DNA from: Octopus vulgaris | Taxonomy: Eukaryota | Direction of reading: 5' to 3' | Length of the DNA stretch: 64,000 nt | Assembly (NCBI GenBank): GCA_951406725.2 | Contig: OX597817.1 | Location: 96,968,001 to 97,032,000 of the forward strand | Shown: piece by piece, positions 50,239 through 62,800 of the stretch | Numbering within the stretch: position 1 is the first letter of the stretch | How the letters are laid out: each line of letters begins with the position of its first letter | The notes under the pieces: model-generated | Databases searched by the model: none | What the model saw: the letters and a program-made list of their open reading frames with translations, nothing else | What the model was told of the DNA's origin: nothing | Translations under genes and position numbers: made by a program

Positions 50239-51418
50239 CAGTGTGTCCTAAAATTAAGGCAATCAAATTTTTTCAATTTTGTCAAAGCAAAACACAATTA
50301 TGACACTGCTACATTTATTCGATATGACCACCTCTGTTTCAAATCACAGCCTTAAGTCTAGGTGTGAATGCTTCACATGCAGCATGCAGCTGTTCTTGCA
50401 GAATCAAAGCCCATTCCTGGAGAAGTTTTGCTTTCAGAGCATTGAGTGAAGCATGAGGAGTGTTCAAGACCCTCATCTACAAAATAGACCAAACAGAAAA
50501 ATCCAACAGCTTGAAATCAGGACTTCTTGAGAGCCATTCATCCTTGCCTATGAACAATGGAATGTTTTTCTGAATCTAGTGTTGTGTCTGTTTGGAGCTG
50601 TAGGATGGTGCTAAGTTCTGTTGGAGGCTCCAATATGTGCTTTGAAAGTGTTCATTCGCTCATAGAAGCAGTTCAGCTTCCAGGATGTCACTAATGTATT
50701 GCTAAGTCTTAATTTTAACAACTAAGGGTGCAAAAACAAGAGGAGACCTTCCAATGGCTGTCACAACCACCCAAATCATAACTGACTGTGGATTTTGATG
50801 TTGTTTTACAAGTCTACCCTCAACAGAGCCTGATGCACTCCAAAGTTGGTCATTCTGGTAGTTTACTCTCTCATCAGTAAACACCAGGTTGGGCAACGTG
50901 CCTTCAGCAATCTGATACAGGATAAGACGACTTATCTCCAGTCTCATGGCCTTATAAACTTGCATGAGCTCATGACAGTGGATCATCTTGTAGGGGTGGG
51001 TCCTGAGATCAGCCTTCAGTACTCAATACAATGATGTTCAGCTTATTTTTGGTGTGGCAGCCAGTTTTCTGATGGGACAATGAAGATTCCACTGCATCTT
51101 TTCTCTGGTACTTTTGACAAGCTGAGGGGCCTGCACACTTCTTTTTTGGCCACATCCAGGCCACTCAACGTTCCAGACTATTGTTCAGTTAATTTTAAGC
51201 TTTTTCGCTATAGTTATATTATTTTCACCTCTTTTGTGGAGGGTTATGATTGTATTTTGGTCTAAAGCCACTGTCTAATTTATAAATCTGAATTTAGTCT
51301 GAAACAAAAAGCAGACACGCTAAGCTTTTATAATGATGTTTAATTTTTATATCTTATCACATTTATTGATAGTTATTAAAGCCCGAAACTTTGGTTGCCT
51401 TAAGTTTGGGACACTCTG
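50239..51418 (-). mobile_element. Degenerate Tc1/mariner-superfamily transposon (maT/DD37D-like) with TIRs
   Basis: TA-flanked CAGTGTGTCCTAAAATTAAGGCAA / TTGCCTTAAGTTTGGGACACTCTG. NLVFTDE, VNYQND, SVMIW...GRSPLVF. Confidence 0.85.
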
Positions 51419-51718
51419 TACATACACACACACGCGTGTGCACACACACACACACACACTCAAACACACATGATGGACTCTCCTGTAAAAACCACCATAT
51501 TCAGTTTTTGCTGAATGACCAGCACAAATGATTCATTTATAGTCATCAAATGTATGTGTTGTACATTAGCTCACTCTCTTCATCAACTCGATGTATGTGT
51601 GTGTGTGTGTGTGTGTGTGCATATATGTATGTATACACATATATATGCATATACACACACATACACACACACACACATATCTATATACATATATGCATAC
51701 ATATACATATATACATGC

Positions 51719-51752
<34 letters not shown>

Positions 51753-52140
51753 TAGAAGGTTAGGAGATGATGTACAGGTATTATATATTAGAAGAAATGA
51801 GGTACTCAGAAATCTGGATGGTTTTATACTTACAGATATTTATTTGTATGTTACATGTTTTTATAAATCATATATCATATATTAGCACTTTTGTCCACTC
51901 TAGTGGAGTCATCAGATTGAACTTTTGCAGGAATTTTGTCTCTTTTTATAGTACTATTGAATGTGTAGGGGTGGAGAGAGATATAAGATAGTACAAGAGA
52001 GTGAGGAACGGGAAGAAAGTGAGAGAGAGTGCACGCGTGTGTGTGTGTGTGTGCTTTTGTATCTGAAAGAATTGTTAAAAGAAAAGATATCAACACATTT
52101 TTTCTTCTTTCTCTCCTTCTCTCTTTCCTTCTCTTTTCCT

Positions 52141-52775
52141 TTAACACTTCGGACATTGGTAGAATGTGTCATATAAAACATCTTTTACTCTTAGCATTTT
52201 TGAGAAAAACTTACATTTACAAAGTTATTTCAAATTAAAGTTCTCGTATTTCAGTAATTTCAACCAATCAATGACATGTATTCAGCTGAATAAAATTACT
52301 GCCGTTGTTTGTCAACAAAAACTATCAGCGGTGTATTTTTCATTTGTCACTGTTATTTATGACATCATTTTTGCGTTTGTACTGGTTTTAAGGTTTTAGG
52401 GTTAGGGTTTGGGTTTTAGGGTTAGGGTGTTAGGGTTAGGGTTAGGGTTTTGGGGTTAGAGTTAGAGTTGGGGTTTTAGGGTTAGGGTTAGGGTTTTAGA
52501 GTTAGGGTTTTAGGGTTAGGGTTAAGGTTTTAGGGTTAGGGTTGTCATAAATAACAGTGACAAATGAAATATACACCACCGGAAGTTCTTGTTGACAAAC
52601 AACAGCAGTAATTTTATTCAGCTGAATACATGTCATTGATTGGTTGAAATTACCGAAATAGGACAACTTTAACATGAAATAATTTCGTAAATATAAATTT
52701 TTCTCAAAAATGCTAAGAGTAAAAGATGTTTTATATGACATATTCTACCAGTGTCCAAAGTTTGAAAGTGTTTAA
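52141..52775. mobile_element. Fold-back/MITE with ~220-bp inverted arms enclosing a TTAGGG-variant array
   Basis: 52146-52364 and 52543-52761 are reverse complements. TTAA at both outer ends. Confidence 0.8.
52392..52543 (+). repeat. Interstitial telomere-like (TTAGGG/TTTTAGGG)n array
   Basis: About 150 bp of GGGTTA with GGGTTTTA and GAGTTA variants. Confidence 0.9.
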
Positions 52776-53867
52776 TTACAAAAAATTATTTTTTAAATCT
52801 GTAGGTTAAAAGGTAAAGATCCAAAAATTGGAAGAAAAAGTTACAAGGTTTAAAAATCGAAAAGTTGTGTATTTTTAGCCAATAGCGAGACAGATATTTT
52901 CTGCGTTTAGCGGAGTGATGTCAACTTTGCAGCTGTACTCTGTGAAATTTATGGTTTAGTGTCTGTGAAAAGACCTCTTCGTTGTAGGTTTCTAAATAAA
53001 CAGAAATACCAAATATAATCATGTATCATCTTACTGTTTCTTTTGTCACTTCATTGATTGTATTTTTTTAATTATTTAAAAAAATTTGTTATCTCTAAAT
53101 TATAAATCTGAAATGCGAAAGGTTTGTTTGTTTGTTTGTCTGGTTTTGGCATTGAGAACGGGTTAAAGGCCACTAGATCCCGTCGGATTGACTCCAAAAT
53201 TTACAGGGACATGTAAAATGAGGTGAGGATGTGAGTGGGATAGGTCAGAAATCCTCTTTTTTAAAAGGTGTCGTTGCTAGGGCCAAAAACGCACTTCCCA
53301 TCACTTTCTATATATAACGTTGTTTCACAGCGTCTAACTCCCCTTCACTTTCTCTTTATAACATCGTTTCACAGCGTTCTATATCTCCCCCCTCCCCGCC
53401 TTCAACAGCGCTTTCACATCCTCTCTCTCTCTACGTCTGTCTGCATTCATAGACAGAATTATCATCGCCACTACCACGACACAATCATGAGAACAAATAT
53501 TATGAATCAAATATTTATTGGGTTAATTTATATATGTGTGTGTGTGTTCTATATATAAATATGTATATATAATGTATATATACAAAGTGTATATATCTGT
53601 ATTTATGTATATTAAACTTTTTAATACTTTTTGATAGTTATATATATTTTTTTTTAAATTATAAATATAAATTAATAATTTTAATTTTAAATTTAAATAA
53701 TTTAAATTTCTCAGTTTTATATTTTATATATTTTGTACATTATATTTTTATTTTTATGTTTTGGTTTATGTTTTTCACTGTTTGATTTACCTATTAGTGG
53801 TTTTATCTCTAATTTAATTTATATATATATATATATAATTTGTATACATTTGTATATATAATACATG

Positions 53868-53906
<39 letters not shown>

Positions 53907-53918
53907 ACACTCACACAT

Positions 53919-53971
<53 letters not shown>

Positions 53972-54758
53972 GTGTGCATTATGTGGTCGGTTGAGCTGAA
54001 AATATGCACACCTATGTTAAAAGTGCTGGAGAGTTTGCATGACAACTATTTTTTTCCTCAAATGAAAGGTGTGACCTCTAGGACAAAATTCCTCATCTTA
54101 TAAAATGTAGCCCCAGTAGACCCGAATGAAATCGGGTTATATTAACCAAAATGTGAAAAGGGGTCTAAATGGGGCTGGAAGGGGATTAAAATTTACAGGA
54201 GCGGGTGTTTAGGAATATCAAACTAAAAAATTTGTGCCAGCCTTTTAATCGTCAATGTGTTGCCGTCCATGATGAAGAAGTTTTGAATGCTTGCCATGGT
54301 GAGTCTACTGTCGTGAGAAAGAATCACTTCAAAACTTGGTGTTTATGAATTTTCTTTTACATCAAGTTCAAAATTTTACGCCAGCCGTTAAACTGTCAAT
54401 ACGTTGCTGTCTGTCGTTAAGAAATGCCAGCCATGGTGACTCTACTATCCTCAGATTCTATCCCTTCAAACTTTGGTTTCCAATATTCTATTATTTTTAT
54501 TCAGCTCATGAGTTCGTCTGTCCCTTTTAAATGTTATTGTTTTGCTGTCTGCCTTGAAGCAGACCTTTCCGTTGTCACTGCCTGATATTTATGATTGATT
54601 TTTCAAGATATTTTATTTCTCAACTTACTCATGATCTTTTGTTGTTTATAAAAGGGAGAGAGATAGATAAAGATAGAGAGTAAGAGAAAGCGAGGGAGAG
54701 TCCGAGAGAAAAGAAAAGTAAGAGAGTGGGAAAGTGAGAGAGAAACAAAGAGGGAGAA

Positions 54759-55060
54759 TCATCATCATTGTTTAATGTCCGTTTTCCATGCTAGCACGGG
54801 TTGGACAGTTTGACCAGGTCTGGGAAGCCAGGAGGCTGCACCAGGCTCCAGTCTGATCTGGCAGTGTTTCTACAGCTGGATGCCCTTCCTAACGCCAACC
54901 ACTCTGTGAGTGTAGTGGCTGCTTTTTTCGTGCTGCTGGCACAGGTGCCAGGGGGGTTGGCAGCGGCCACGATCGGTTGATGCTTTTTACGTGCCACCGG
55001 CACAGAAGCCAGTCAAGGCGGTGCTGCCATCGGCCACTTTCGGATGGTGCTTTTTATGTG
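54759..55060 (-). mobile_element. RTE 3'-end fragment; similar short pieces at 4890-5100, 14049-14197, 31050-31225, 34465-34618 and 35273-35470
   Basis: (CAT)n...TTCCATGCTAGCA.GGGTTGGAC...GCTGGATGCCCTTCCTAACGCC is shared with the RTE 3' ends. Confidence 0.75.
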
Positions 55061-56664
55061 CTGAAAGGAAACAACAGAAAGTAACAACCACACTCTTACC
55101 CGTGCGTAGAGCGGGTCACCTTAAGCTAGTATTAATATATTTGTCTGAATGTGTTTCCTTTATACGTATTTCAGTATTATGTATACCTGTCATGTCTTTG
55201 TGTGTGAAAAGGGGGCATCTGTCTCCAAAACTTCAAAGTTGAGTAACGTTTTTGTGTTTGGATTTGTAAACTACGATAAGAATAACACTGGTCAACAAAG
55301 AATTTATCCCAAGAAAAAGAATATCTGTATCTTATATGTTTTTGCATGCAGAATTAAAAAAATAATGCCAAGCTATCTGTATTAAGTTCATGTATTCCAT
55401 TCACCTTCATAATACCAATCGGAAACAACTTTTGCTTTATATGAAAAATATGTAAAATATTAAGAAAAATATCTATAATAAAATTCTAATTGATAACTAT
55501 AAACTTTTGTTAAAACAAAACATGTGGGTGAAGTAAATCTCATAGTGTGAAGAATCAACACAAGCAGGTGAAACACAACACAATGTGCAGTTGTCATAGT
55601 AACAATCTGTTAATACCTTGCTGTCGGTTGATTGGTTAAAATTACCCAAATTTCCCAACTTTAATTCTAAATAACATCAAATTCTTTAATTTACGAGATA
55701 AAGTAATTGGTTGATTGTAATCAAAATTCAGAGTTGCATTAATGCACTAAAATTGAAAGCAATCAGAGCAAATTAAAGGGGGCTCATTTTGCAAATGAGA
55801 AAGACTAGATCCAATGCATGGCTGAGTGGTTAGGGGTATTCGGCCCATATTCATAAAGTCACAAGTATGATTTCCTGTGGCGAGCTGTGTTTTTGAGCAA
55901 GGTACACCTTGTTGCAGTCTACTCAGCTGGTAAAAATGAGATGCAGCCTTGTCACATTCTGTGTGAAGCTGAATCTCCTTATGGTATGCATGTTTGTGGA
56001 GTTCTCAGCCACTTGCGAGATAGTTTTATCCTCGTGGGGTAATGAAAGGTGAAAGTGACATCCAATATTTGCTGTGTTTATGTATCTATAACTTCTCTTT
56101 GGATCAATGTATCTACAGTCTCTCTCACTTCCTCTGTGTCCCTCCTCTCTTCCGCTTATAATTTAGCAATGTGTGTATGTATCTATGTATCAACTTTACT
56201 TTCGATCTATGTATCTACTTTTCTTGCAATGTGATAAGCATTTAAAAATACAAAGCGAACACCATCACCAATTACTATCTCTTTCAGTCTTTTTTCTCTC
56301 ACTCTCTTCCTCCCTCACTCTCTCTCTCTCTCTTTCTCTCTTACTTCCTTTCTGAAACATTTAAAAACACAAATGAACCCGTCACCCCTGTCTTTCTCTT
56401 TCACTCTCTCTCTTTCTCTCTCACTCTATCTTTTCCCTCTTACTCTCTCTCTCTTTCTCTTTCATTCTCTCTTTCTCTCTTACTTCCTCTCTGTCCTTCT
56501 CTCTCTCTCTCGCTTCTTTGAAGTGTGACACACCACAGGTATGGACAAAAGCAAACAAAACTAAGCGTATTGATATTATTGATATCTTAATAGCGAATGT
56601 ATATGTTAAAATGGTAAAACATTCTGTGAAATACATTTTATTTTTTATGTCTTAACATTTTCAG

Positions 56665-56799
56665 GAAACACTCTAATCGAGCATTTGAATGATAAAATCC
56701 ATCAGTATACAACAAAGACCCCCATGCTAGGTTTATTCTACAACAAACCAAATATATTCAGTTCTGGCTTCGTTCTCACTTACAAAACTATTCCTAGAG
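56665..56799 (+). CDS. Host gene exon I: CUB2 end (GNTLIEHLNDKIHQYTTKTPMLGLFYNKPNIFSSGFVLTYKTIPR), phase 1 to 1
   Basis: Acceptor aacattttcag, donor GAG/GTAACT. CUB terminal motif SGFxLTY. Confidence 0.83.
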
Positions 56800-57353
56800 G
56801 TAACTAGTTTTCTTTCTGACAATTCTACTCTAAAAATTTTTAGTAATTTTTCTTATTTAAAGCAAGAAATAAGCCACCCATGATGATTTCATGTCTTCAA
56901 AAGTTGGTGAGATTGTTGTTGATAGTCATCTCAAACTTCTGCAGGTTGATGATATTAAAACATGTACAAGGGAGGTGGGGGAAAAGTAGGGTTTGGAGGA
57001 GGGTGAGGTGAGGGGGCAAGGATGATGAGAAAGATTAGCAAGTTCAACTGATAATCTTGAGCATAAATATCAGGTTTAAAAAAATAAAGTACTGGAGTCA
57101 GTTCATTCGACTAAAATTCTTCAAGGCAGTACCCCAGCATGCTCACTATGATTGAAACAAATAAAAGAAAAGACAAAAGATAATATATACAGATAGAGAG
57201 GAAATACATGTATATGTGTATATCATCAACATAGTTTCATTAGCTACAATATAATTTATACTTTTATTTGCTTAAATGACTTTCATTAAACAAAGACTAT
57301 TAAGATATAAGTATTTTGTTATTACAGGATTGATATTCTCAATTTATTTCTAG

Positions 57354-57444
57354 TAAAGAAAACTTGTCCAGAAAATAAAGTATACAAATATCCTGGAATT
57401 AAGGATCAGTTTATGATATCAACAGCTAGTGGAACTGATTACAA
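57354..57444 (+). CDS. Host gene exon J: start of CUB3 (VKKTCPENKVYKYPGIKDQFMISTASGTDY), phase 1 to 2
   Basis: Acceptor caatttatttctag, donor GTAAGT. Open frame with matching phases. Confidence 0.75.
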
Positions 57445-58487
57445 GTAAGTAAACAATTTGTACTTTAGTCACTTTTCATTTCATTCTAATTTTCTCAATG
57501 ATTTGCATCCATTTCTTCATGCTACAATAGACAAAATGATTTCTTAAAGCAAAGAAAGTACTTTGCTTTACTTTACTTGCAAATGATATAAAGCACAGCA
57601 TGAATCAAACAAGTCACTTAAACTGCCTGAAATCACACACTATTACCAGAGAAAAGAATACAATAGATAATTTAGTTCTATATTCCTTTAAAAGGCTGGA
57701 TAATCATGACTGAAAACCCATGATCATGGGTCTGTTCCATCAGTGCTGACCAGAGATTAATACAAGAAACAATCACAACAGAACTAGATGACATCATTCG
57801 GGAAAATCAAACAGAGACACAGGCATCTTGTGCTGGTCTTGATATCACAAACTTGATTGAGGTAAATAATTCTATTGCAATTTAATTTCCTCGGTCCTTA
57901 GCTAATTTTGTGAGATAATGAGTATAACTGATTATTATAATATGCAAATTTGACTGCTTGCAGTTAATCATCTGGAAACGATGGACTTTAGCACATTTAC
58001 TTACTTGTTTAGAGATTATTTATTTAGAATTATTTAAAGGGTTTTAACCTTTAAACAAAACTATTTTTCTTCAAAATTAAATGTACAACCTTTTATAATT
58101 TTGCAAGTACAGGATGGTAAAGGTCATCAAAAGAAATCAGAATAATATTCAAACTTATCTGAAGTTATCTTTCATACCTCATGGGAAAATGAAAAGATGA
58201 GTCATCGATTAATAATATATTTTTTGACCCCATTTTTTCTATTTCAATTTAGTTAATCTATTTAATGCATGGATCATTAAAAAGCTAAGTTTCAAGATAT
58301 AAGATAAAAATTTTCATCTCTGCCAAAATATACAATAAAGATCACAGCACATTTTCATAGGTGATTGAACATATTTTATATTGATTTGGAAGGAAACATA
58401 TGAAAGTCATAGCAATTGGATTTGAATTCAGGATACTTTAAGCACTAAACTCGATACTGCTGGGGCAGTATCAAGTTTTTCATCAGT

Positions 58488-58573
<86 letters not shown>

Positions 58574-58575
58574 TC
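58488..58575. repeat. Compound (CT)n(CA)n microsatellite
   Basis: Direct inspection. Many other (TA)n, (CA)n, (TAA)n and (CAT)n tracts occur across the window. Confidence 0.95.
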
Positions 58576-59799
58576 ATACACATAGAGAGGTTTCTGCATA
58601 ATTTCCGTCTAATGTTATTGTTGTTATAGTTTCACCAGTTCTATTCTGATCAAGCAGAACCTTAATGAAAGGTTTTCCATCATGATCATACTATCTTTTT
58701 ATGATTATACTAAGGTGATAATGTTTGATTTGAGGGTGATTTAGCTACTGTCTCTATCAGGTTGAATAATTGCACAAAGCTCTTGCATGGGTTTGTAAAA
58801 TTTCAGTTGATTAGTATCTTTGTATGCTTTGTGTAGTACATTCCTCAATTATATTGTCTAACTTGGAAACAGGAGCCAGTGGTCTCTGTTAATGTTCAGC
58901 CATAGATTGACCCTGATTGAGCAGATCTCTAATCAATGCATTCCACCAGTGTCCATCCTGTCTTCTCTTTCAGACAGAGTGTATGAAGGACTACATCATC
59001 CTTTGTATGTGTTCCTTTTTTTAAGAATGCAAGACATAATTTAAGGAAGATTTGGCTGCTACTTCTAGCATGCTGGGTGTCCTTAATATATTTCTTAATA
59101 AACTATAACACTGGGTGTCCTAGAATATATGTCCTTAATAAACCATAAATTAAACCATAGATTCATCTCTTAAATCCAAATGTCTTATAAGACTGTTCTT
59201 TATCATTTATTTAATAAAACAAAATGATATTGAAGGTGACTTTGTAGTTTCTATATCCTTTTCACAGAATATATTATAGTCATGGCTCCCTCCTATACAG
59301 AATATATCATATTCATGGCTTTCTAAATTATCCACTGCATTAGACTTTTGGCTGGAGGGTTAATAGTTCATTTCTATTTACCTGTTACACATTGTACAAG
59401 GCTGAGACATAACTGTTTCTAGCCTAGTCCATTTTTGTATGAACAGTTACTGAGTAAAAGTGCAGCTTACCATTGTAAAGAATTTTCATTGATTTGAGTT
59501 GCTAAACTGAAATCATTGAGTATATTTTGGAGACATCAATAGAGTTAATCATCCACTGATAGCTGAATGTTTTGAAAATATCAAGCTGTTTAGAAAATGT
59601 CGAGTTGTATAACAAAAATGCTAAGCAATTAAATTTATTTAAAATTTTCTTTAACTGAGGAATATTGATTTCCTTTAGTTAACCACATGACTAAACTCTG
59701 TAAGAGGTGGACTACTGTCAACTAAATCAACCTAAATGATAGTCAATTGTTAGTCAATTCTAAGAATAAAAATCAATGTGAATTTCATCATTGTATGTG

Positions 59800-60742
59800 G
59801 TGCATTCCAGAAGGTTTGAGAATCTTTTAAGAGAGGCAGTCATAGCTGTCCTTACATTGTTGTAATTTTAGTGAATCATTACTATTCATCTAATAAACTG
59901 AGCAACTAACTTTTTTTATTCAAGATTGAAGGAGATCGCTCTAAGAGCACTTTGAACATACCCTACTTAACATTGCTTATCACAGCTGACTAGTTTGCAG
60001 TATGCAGTCAGGCTGAGAAGACAATTTAGAACCTTATTATGCAATAAAATTTTGTGATAAGGATGGTATAGAGGAGGTCAGAGAAGATGAAAGGTGTGGG
60101 AAAGAGAGGGATGCCAGAATATCAGAGCTGGATAAGAAAATTCACAACTCTCCGGATGAAGATCGCAATGTATAAAAAGCATAGTTTGATATTGATGTGG
60201 TAATTTAACATGAAAAATTATTCATGAAGATCTAAACATGAACAAAATTTGTGCAAAGTTTGTTCCCAGGATGTTCAGTGACAAACAGAAAGAAAGGCGC
60301 ATTGGTGACAACAAGGAGATGATTGACCTCATTACCTCCAATTTTAGAATACTTGCATCTCTGATGACAAAAGCTGGATCTACTATTACTATTCTGGTGA
60401 TCAAGAACTTGTTAAAGATGGGCATCAAAACTCTACAATTCAGACCTTGCTTCCTGTGACTCACCCGCTCTACAGTCCAGATTTTGCTTCCTGTGACTTT
60501 TGATTACTCCCCAAGCTGAAGGAGAACCTCAGGCAGTCATTTTGAAGAAGATGAAGAGAGGCTACGGCATGGGTCTTGGATACCTTCATTTTAAAGGTCT
60601 TCCATGGCACCTTCATGAAGTGGTTGGAGTGCTACAGGTGCATTGAAGTCAGGGGAGCTTACTTTGAAGAAGATTAAAGTTTTGCACTTCTTTGAAATAA
60701 ATGTCTCTCCTGAAAAAATCTCAAAACTTCTGTAATACACCT
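59800..60742 (+). mobile_element. Degenerate mariner element
   Basis: MNKICAKFVPRMFSDKQKERR and HPLYSPDFASCDF. Confidence 0.75.
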
Positions 60743-60794
60743 TGTCTACTTGAGTGTAAAAATATTACATAACTGAATGTCATTAATATTTCAG

Positions 60795-60919
60795 CTTGCC
60801 AGATTATTGCCATTTCACACTTCACACAGATGAATCTTCCTACATTGAATTAGATTTACAGCAACTTGATATTAACAACTCATGTCTGCCAAGTTATCTT
60901 GACATGTCAATAAATAATT
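60795..60919 (+). CDS. Host gene exon K: CUB3 middle (NLPDYCHFTLHTDESSYIELDLQQLDINNSCLPSYLDMSINN), phase 2 to 1
   Basis: Acceptor aatatttcag, donor GTAAGT. CUB pattern Cx(F/W)xL...IxLxxxxxDIxxxCxxxYLxx. Overlaps ORF 60796..61005. Confidence 0.83.
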
Positions 60920-61674
60920 GTAAGTTGTTACTGTATCTTTTATCTTTTATTTGTTTCATTTATTTGACTATGGCCATGCTGAAGCACTGCTTTGAAAAAA
61001 TTTAGTCGCACAAATCTACCCCAGGACATATTTTTTTAAAGCCTAGTACTTATTCTATCGGTCTCTTTTGCTAAACCAATTAGTTATAGAGACTAGTTGT
61101 CGAGCAGTGGGAGGGATAAGCAGAGACACAAAGACCCACACACGTCTTTCTAGCCTGTACTTTCTTGAGGTGTGGACGGCAATTCTCTTTGCTCCGTTCG
61201 CCGTTCACAGAATTTAGCGTTCGTAATACTTTTTTTCGTTCGGCGTTAACAGCCCTTCTTGTCTTGTTATTTTCCTTGTCCTGTCTTTTACTGCTTATAT
61301 TTTGTACTGTCGTTACTGTCCTGGTTTTGTTACCATTTTACCCCTCTGCAAAAAGATCTCAAATTTTATTTGATTTGCTTTTCGCAGGAAGGAAAGTTTC
61401 TTATCGAAGATACGTCTCACCTTCACCTTCGAAACATAGAGTAGATGAAACCATGGCGACTGAAGAAAGGGTTTTTTCCTTGTGTTATTTGTCCTGTACT
61501 CTTTTTTTGTTGTTTAAGAAAAATGTCCAGTTCCTTGTGTTTGTGTTTATGTTTTCGTTTCTCATTGTGTTCAACGTTTTTTTGGTGTCCTGTACTCATA
61601 TATGCGTGTATATATACATGTAGAGGTAGGTACGTACATATATGTACATATATATGCATATGTTTTATTTATTA

Positions 61675-61712
<38 letters not shown>

Positions 61713-61715
<3 letters not shown>

Positions 61716-62800
61716 GGTGTCCTGAAATTAAGGCAACCGAAGTTTCAGACTTTACTGTCAATAAACGTGATAAAATATGAAAATTATACATCATTGTAAA
61801 AGTTTAGTGTGTCTGCTTTTTGTTTCAGACTAAATAAATTCAGATTTATAAATTAAATAATGCCTATAGACTGAAATACAATCACAACCCTCCACAAAGG
61901 AGGTGAAAGTAATATAGCTTAAAATTAACTGAACAATAGTCTGGAAAATTGTCAAGAAATTTCAAGAGACTGGTTCCACACTGATCGACCTGGACATAGT
62001 CGAAAAGGAAGTGTGCAAACCCCTCAGCTTCTCAAAAGTACCAGAGAAAAGATATGGTGAAATCCTCATCATTCTGTCAGAAAACTGGCTGCCACAGCAA
62101 AAATAAGCTGTATTGAGTACTGAAGGAGAATCTCAGGACCCACTCTTACAAGATGATCTACCATTACGTGCTCACATAAGTTTATAAGGCCATGAGACTG
62201 AAAAAAAGTCGTCTTATCCTGCATCAGATAGCTGAAGGTATGCTGCCCAACTTAGTATTCACTGATGAAAAGAAATTGGAGATCAAACAGACAGTAAACC
62301 ACTAGAATGACCAACTTTGGAGTGTATCTTGCTCTGTTGAGTGTAGACTCATAAATCAATGTCCAAATCCAGTCTTATGGTTTGGGCAACTGTGGCAGCC
62401 ATTGGAAGGTCTCCTCTTGTTTTTGTGCCCTTAGATGTTAAAATGAACACCCAGCAATACATAAGCGACATCTTCGAAGTTGAACTGCATCCATGGGTGA
62501 ATGGACACTTTCATGGTGCACTTTGAAGCCACCAACAGGACTCAGCACCATCCCACAGCTCCAAACAGACACAACACAGGATTCAGAAAAATATTCCATC
62601 GCTCATAGGCAAGAATGTATGGCTCTCAGGAAGCCCCAATCTCAACTTGTTGGATTTTTTTCTTTTGTTCATTTTGGAGATGAGTGTCTTGAGCACTTCT
62701 CATACTTTGCTCAAAACTCTGAAAGCAAAATTGCTCCAGGAATGGGCTTTGATTTCACAAGAACAACTGTGTGTTGCATGTGAAACATTCACACCGTTTC
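61713..62800 (+). mobile_element. Second, 3'-truncated copy of the 50239-51418 transposon family, in opposite orientation
   Basis: TIR CAGGGTGTCCTGAAATTAAGGCAACC. Long homology including TATTCACTGATGA and ATTGGAAGGTCTCCTCTTGTTTTTGTGCCC. Confidence 0.85.

Noticed and set aside
52392-52543. True chromosome end
   Set aside because: Short, degenerate, internal to an inverted repeat and inside an intron.
55175-55242. Candidate phase-2 exon (IMYTCHVFVCEKG...)
   Set aside because: 47298-47398 fills this slot with clear CUB motifs. The donor here is weak.
57328-57353. Alternative acceptor attacag upstream of exon J
   Set aside because: In phase 1 it runs into TAG at 57351-57353. The 57354 acceptor gives an open frame.
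61400-61490. Hammerhead candidate around CTGAAGA at ~61460
   Set aside because: No downstream GAAA with a closing stem in the correct order.
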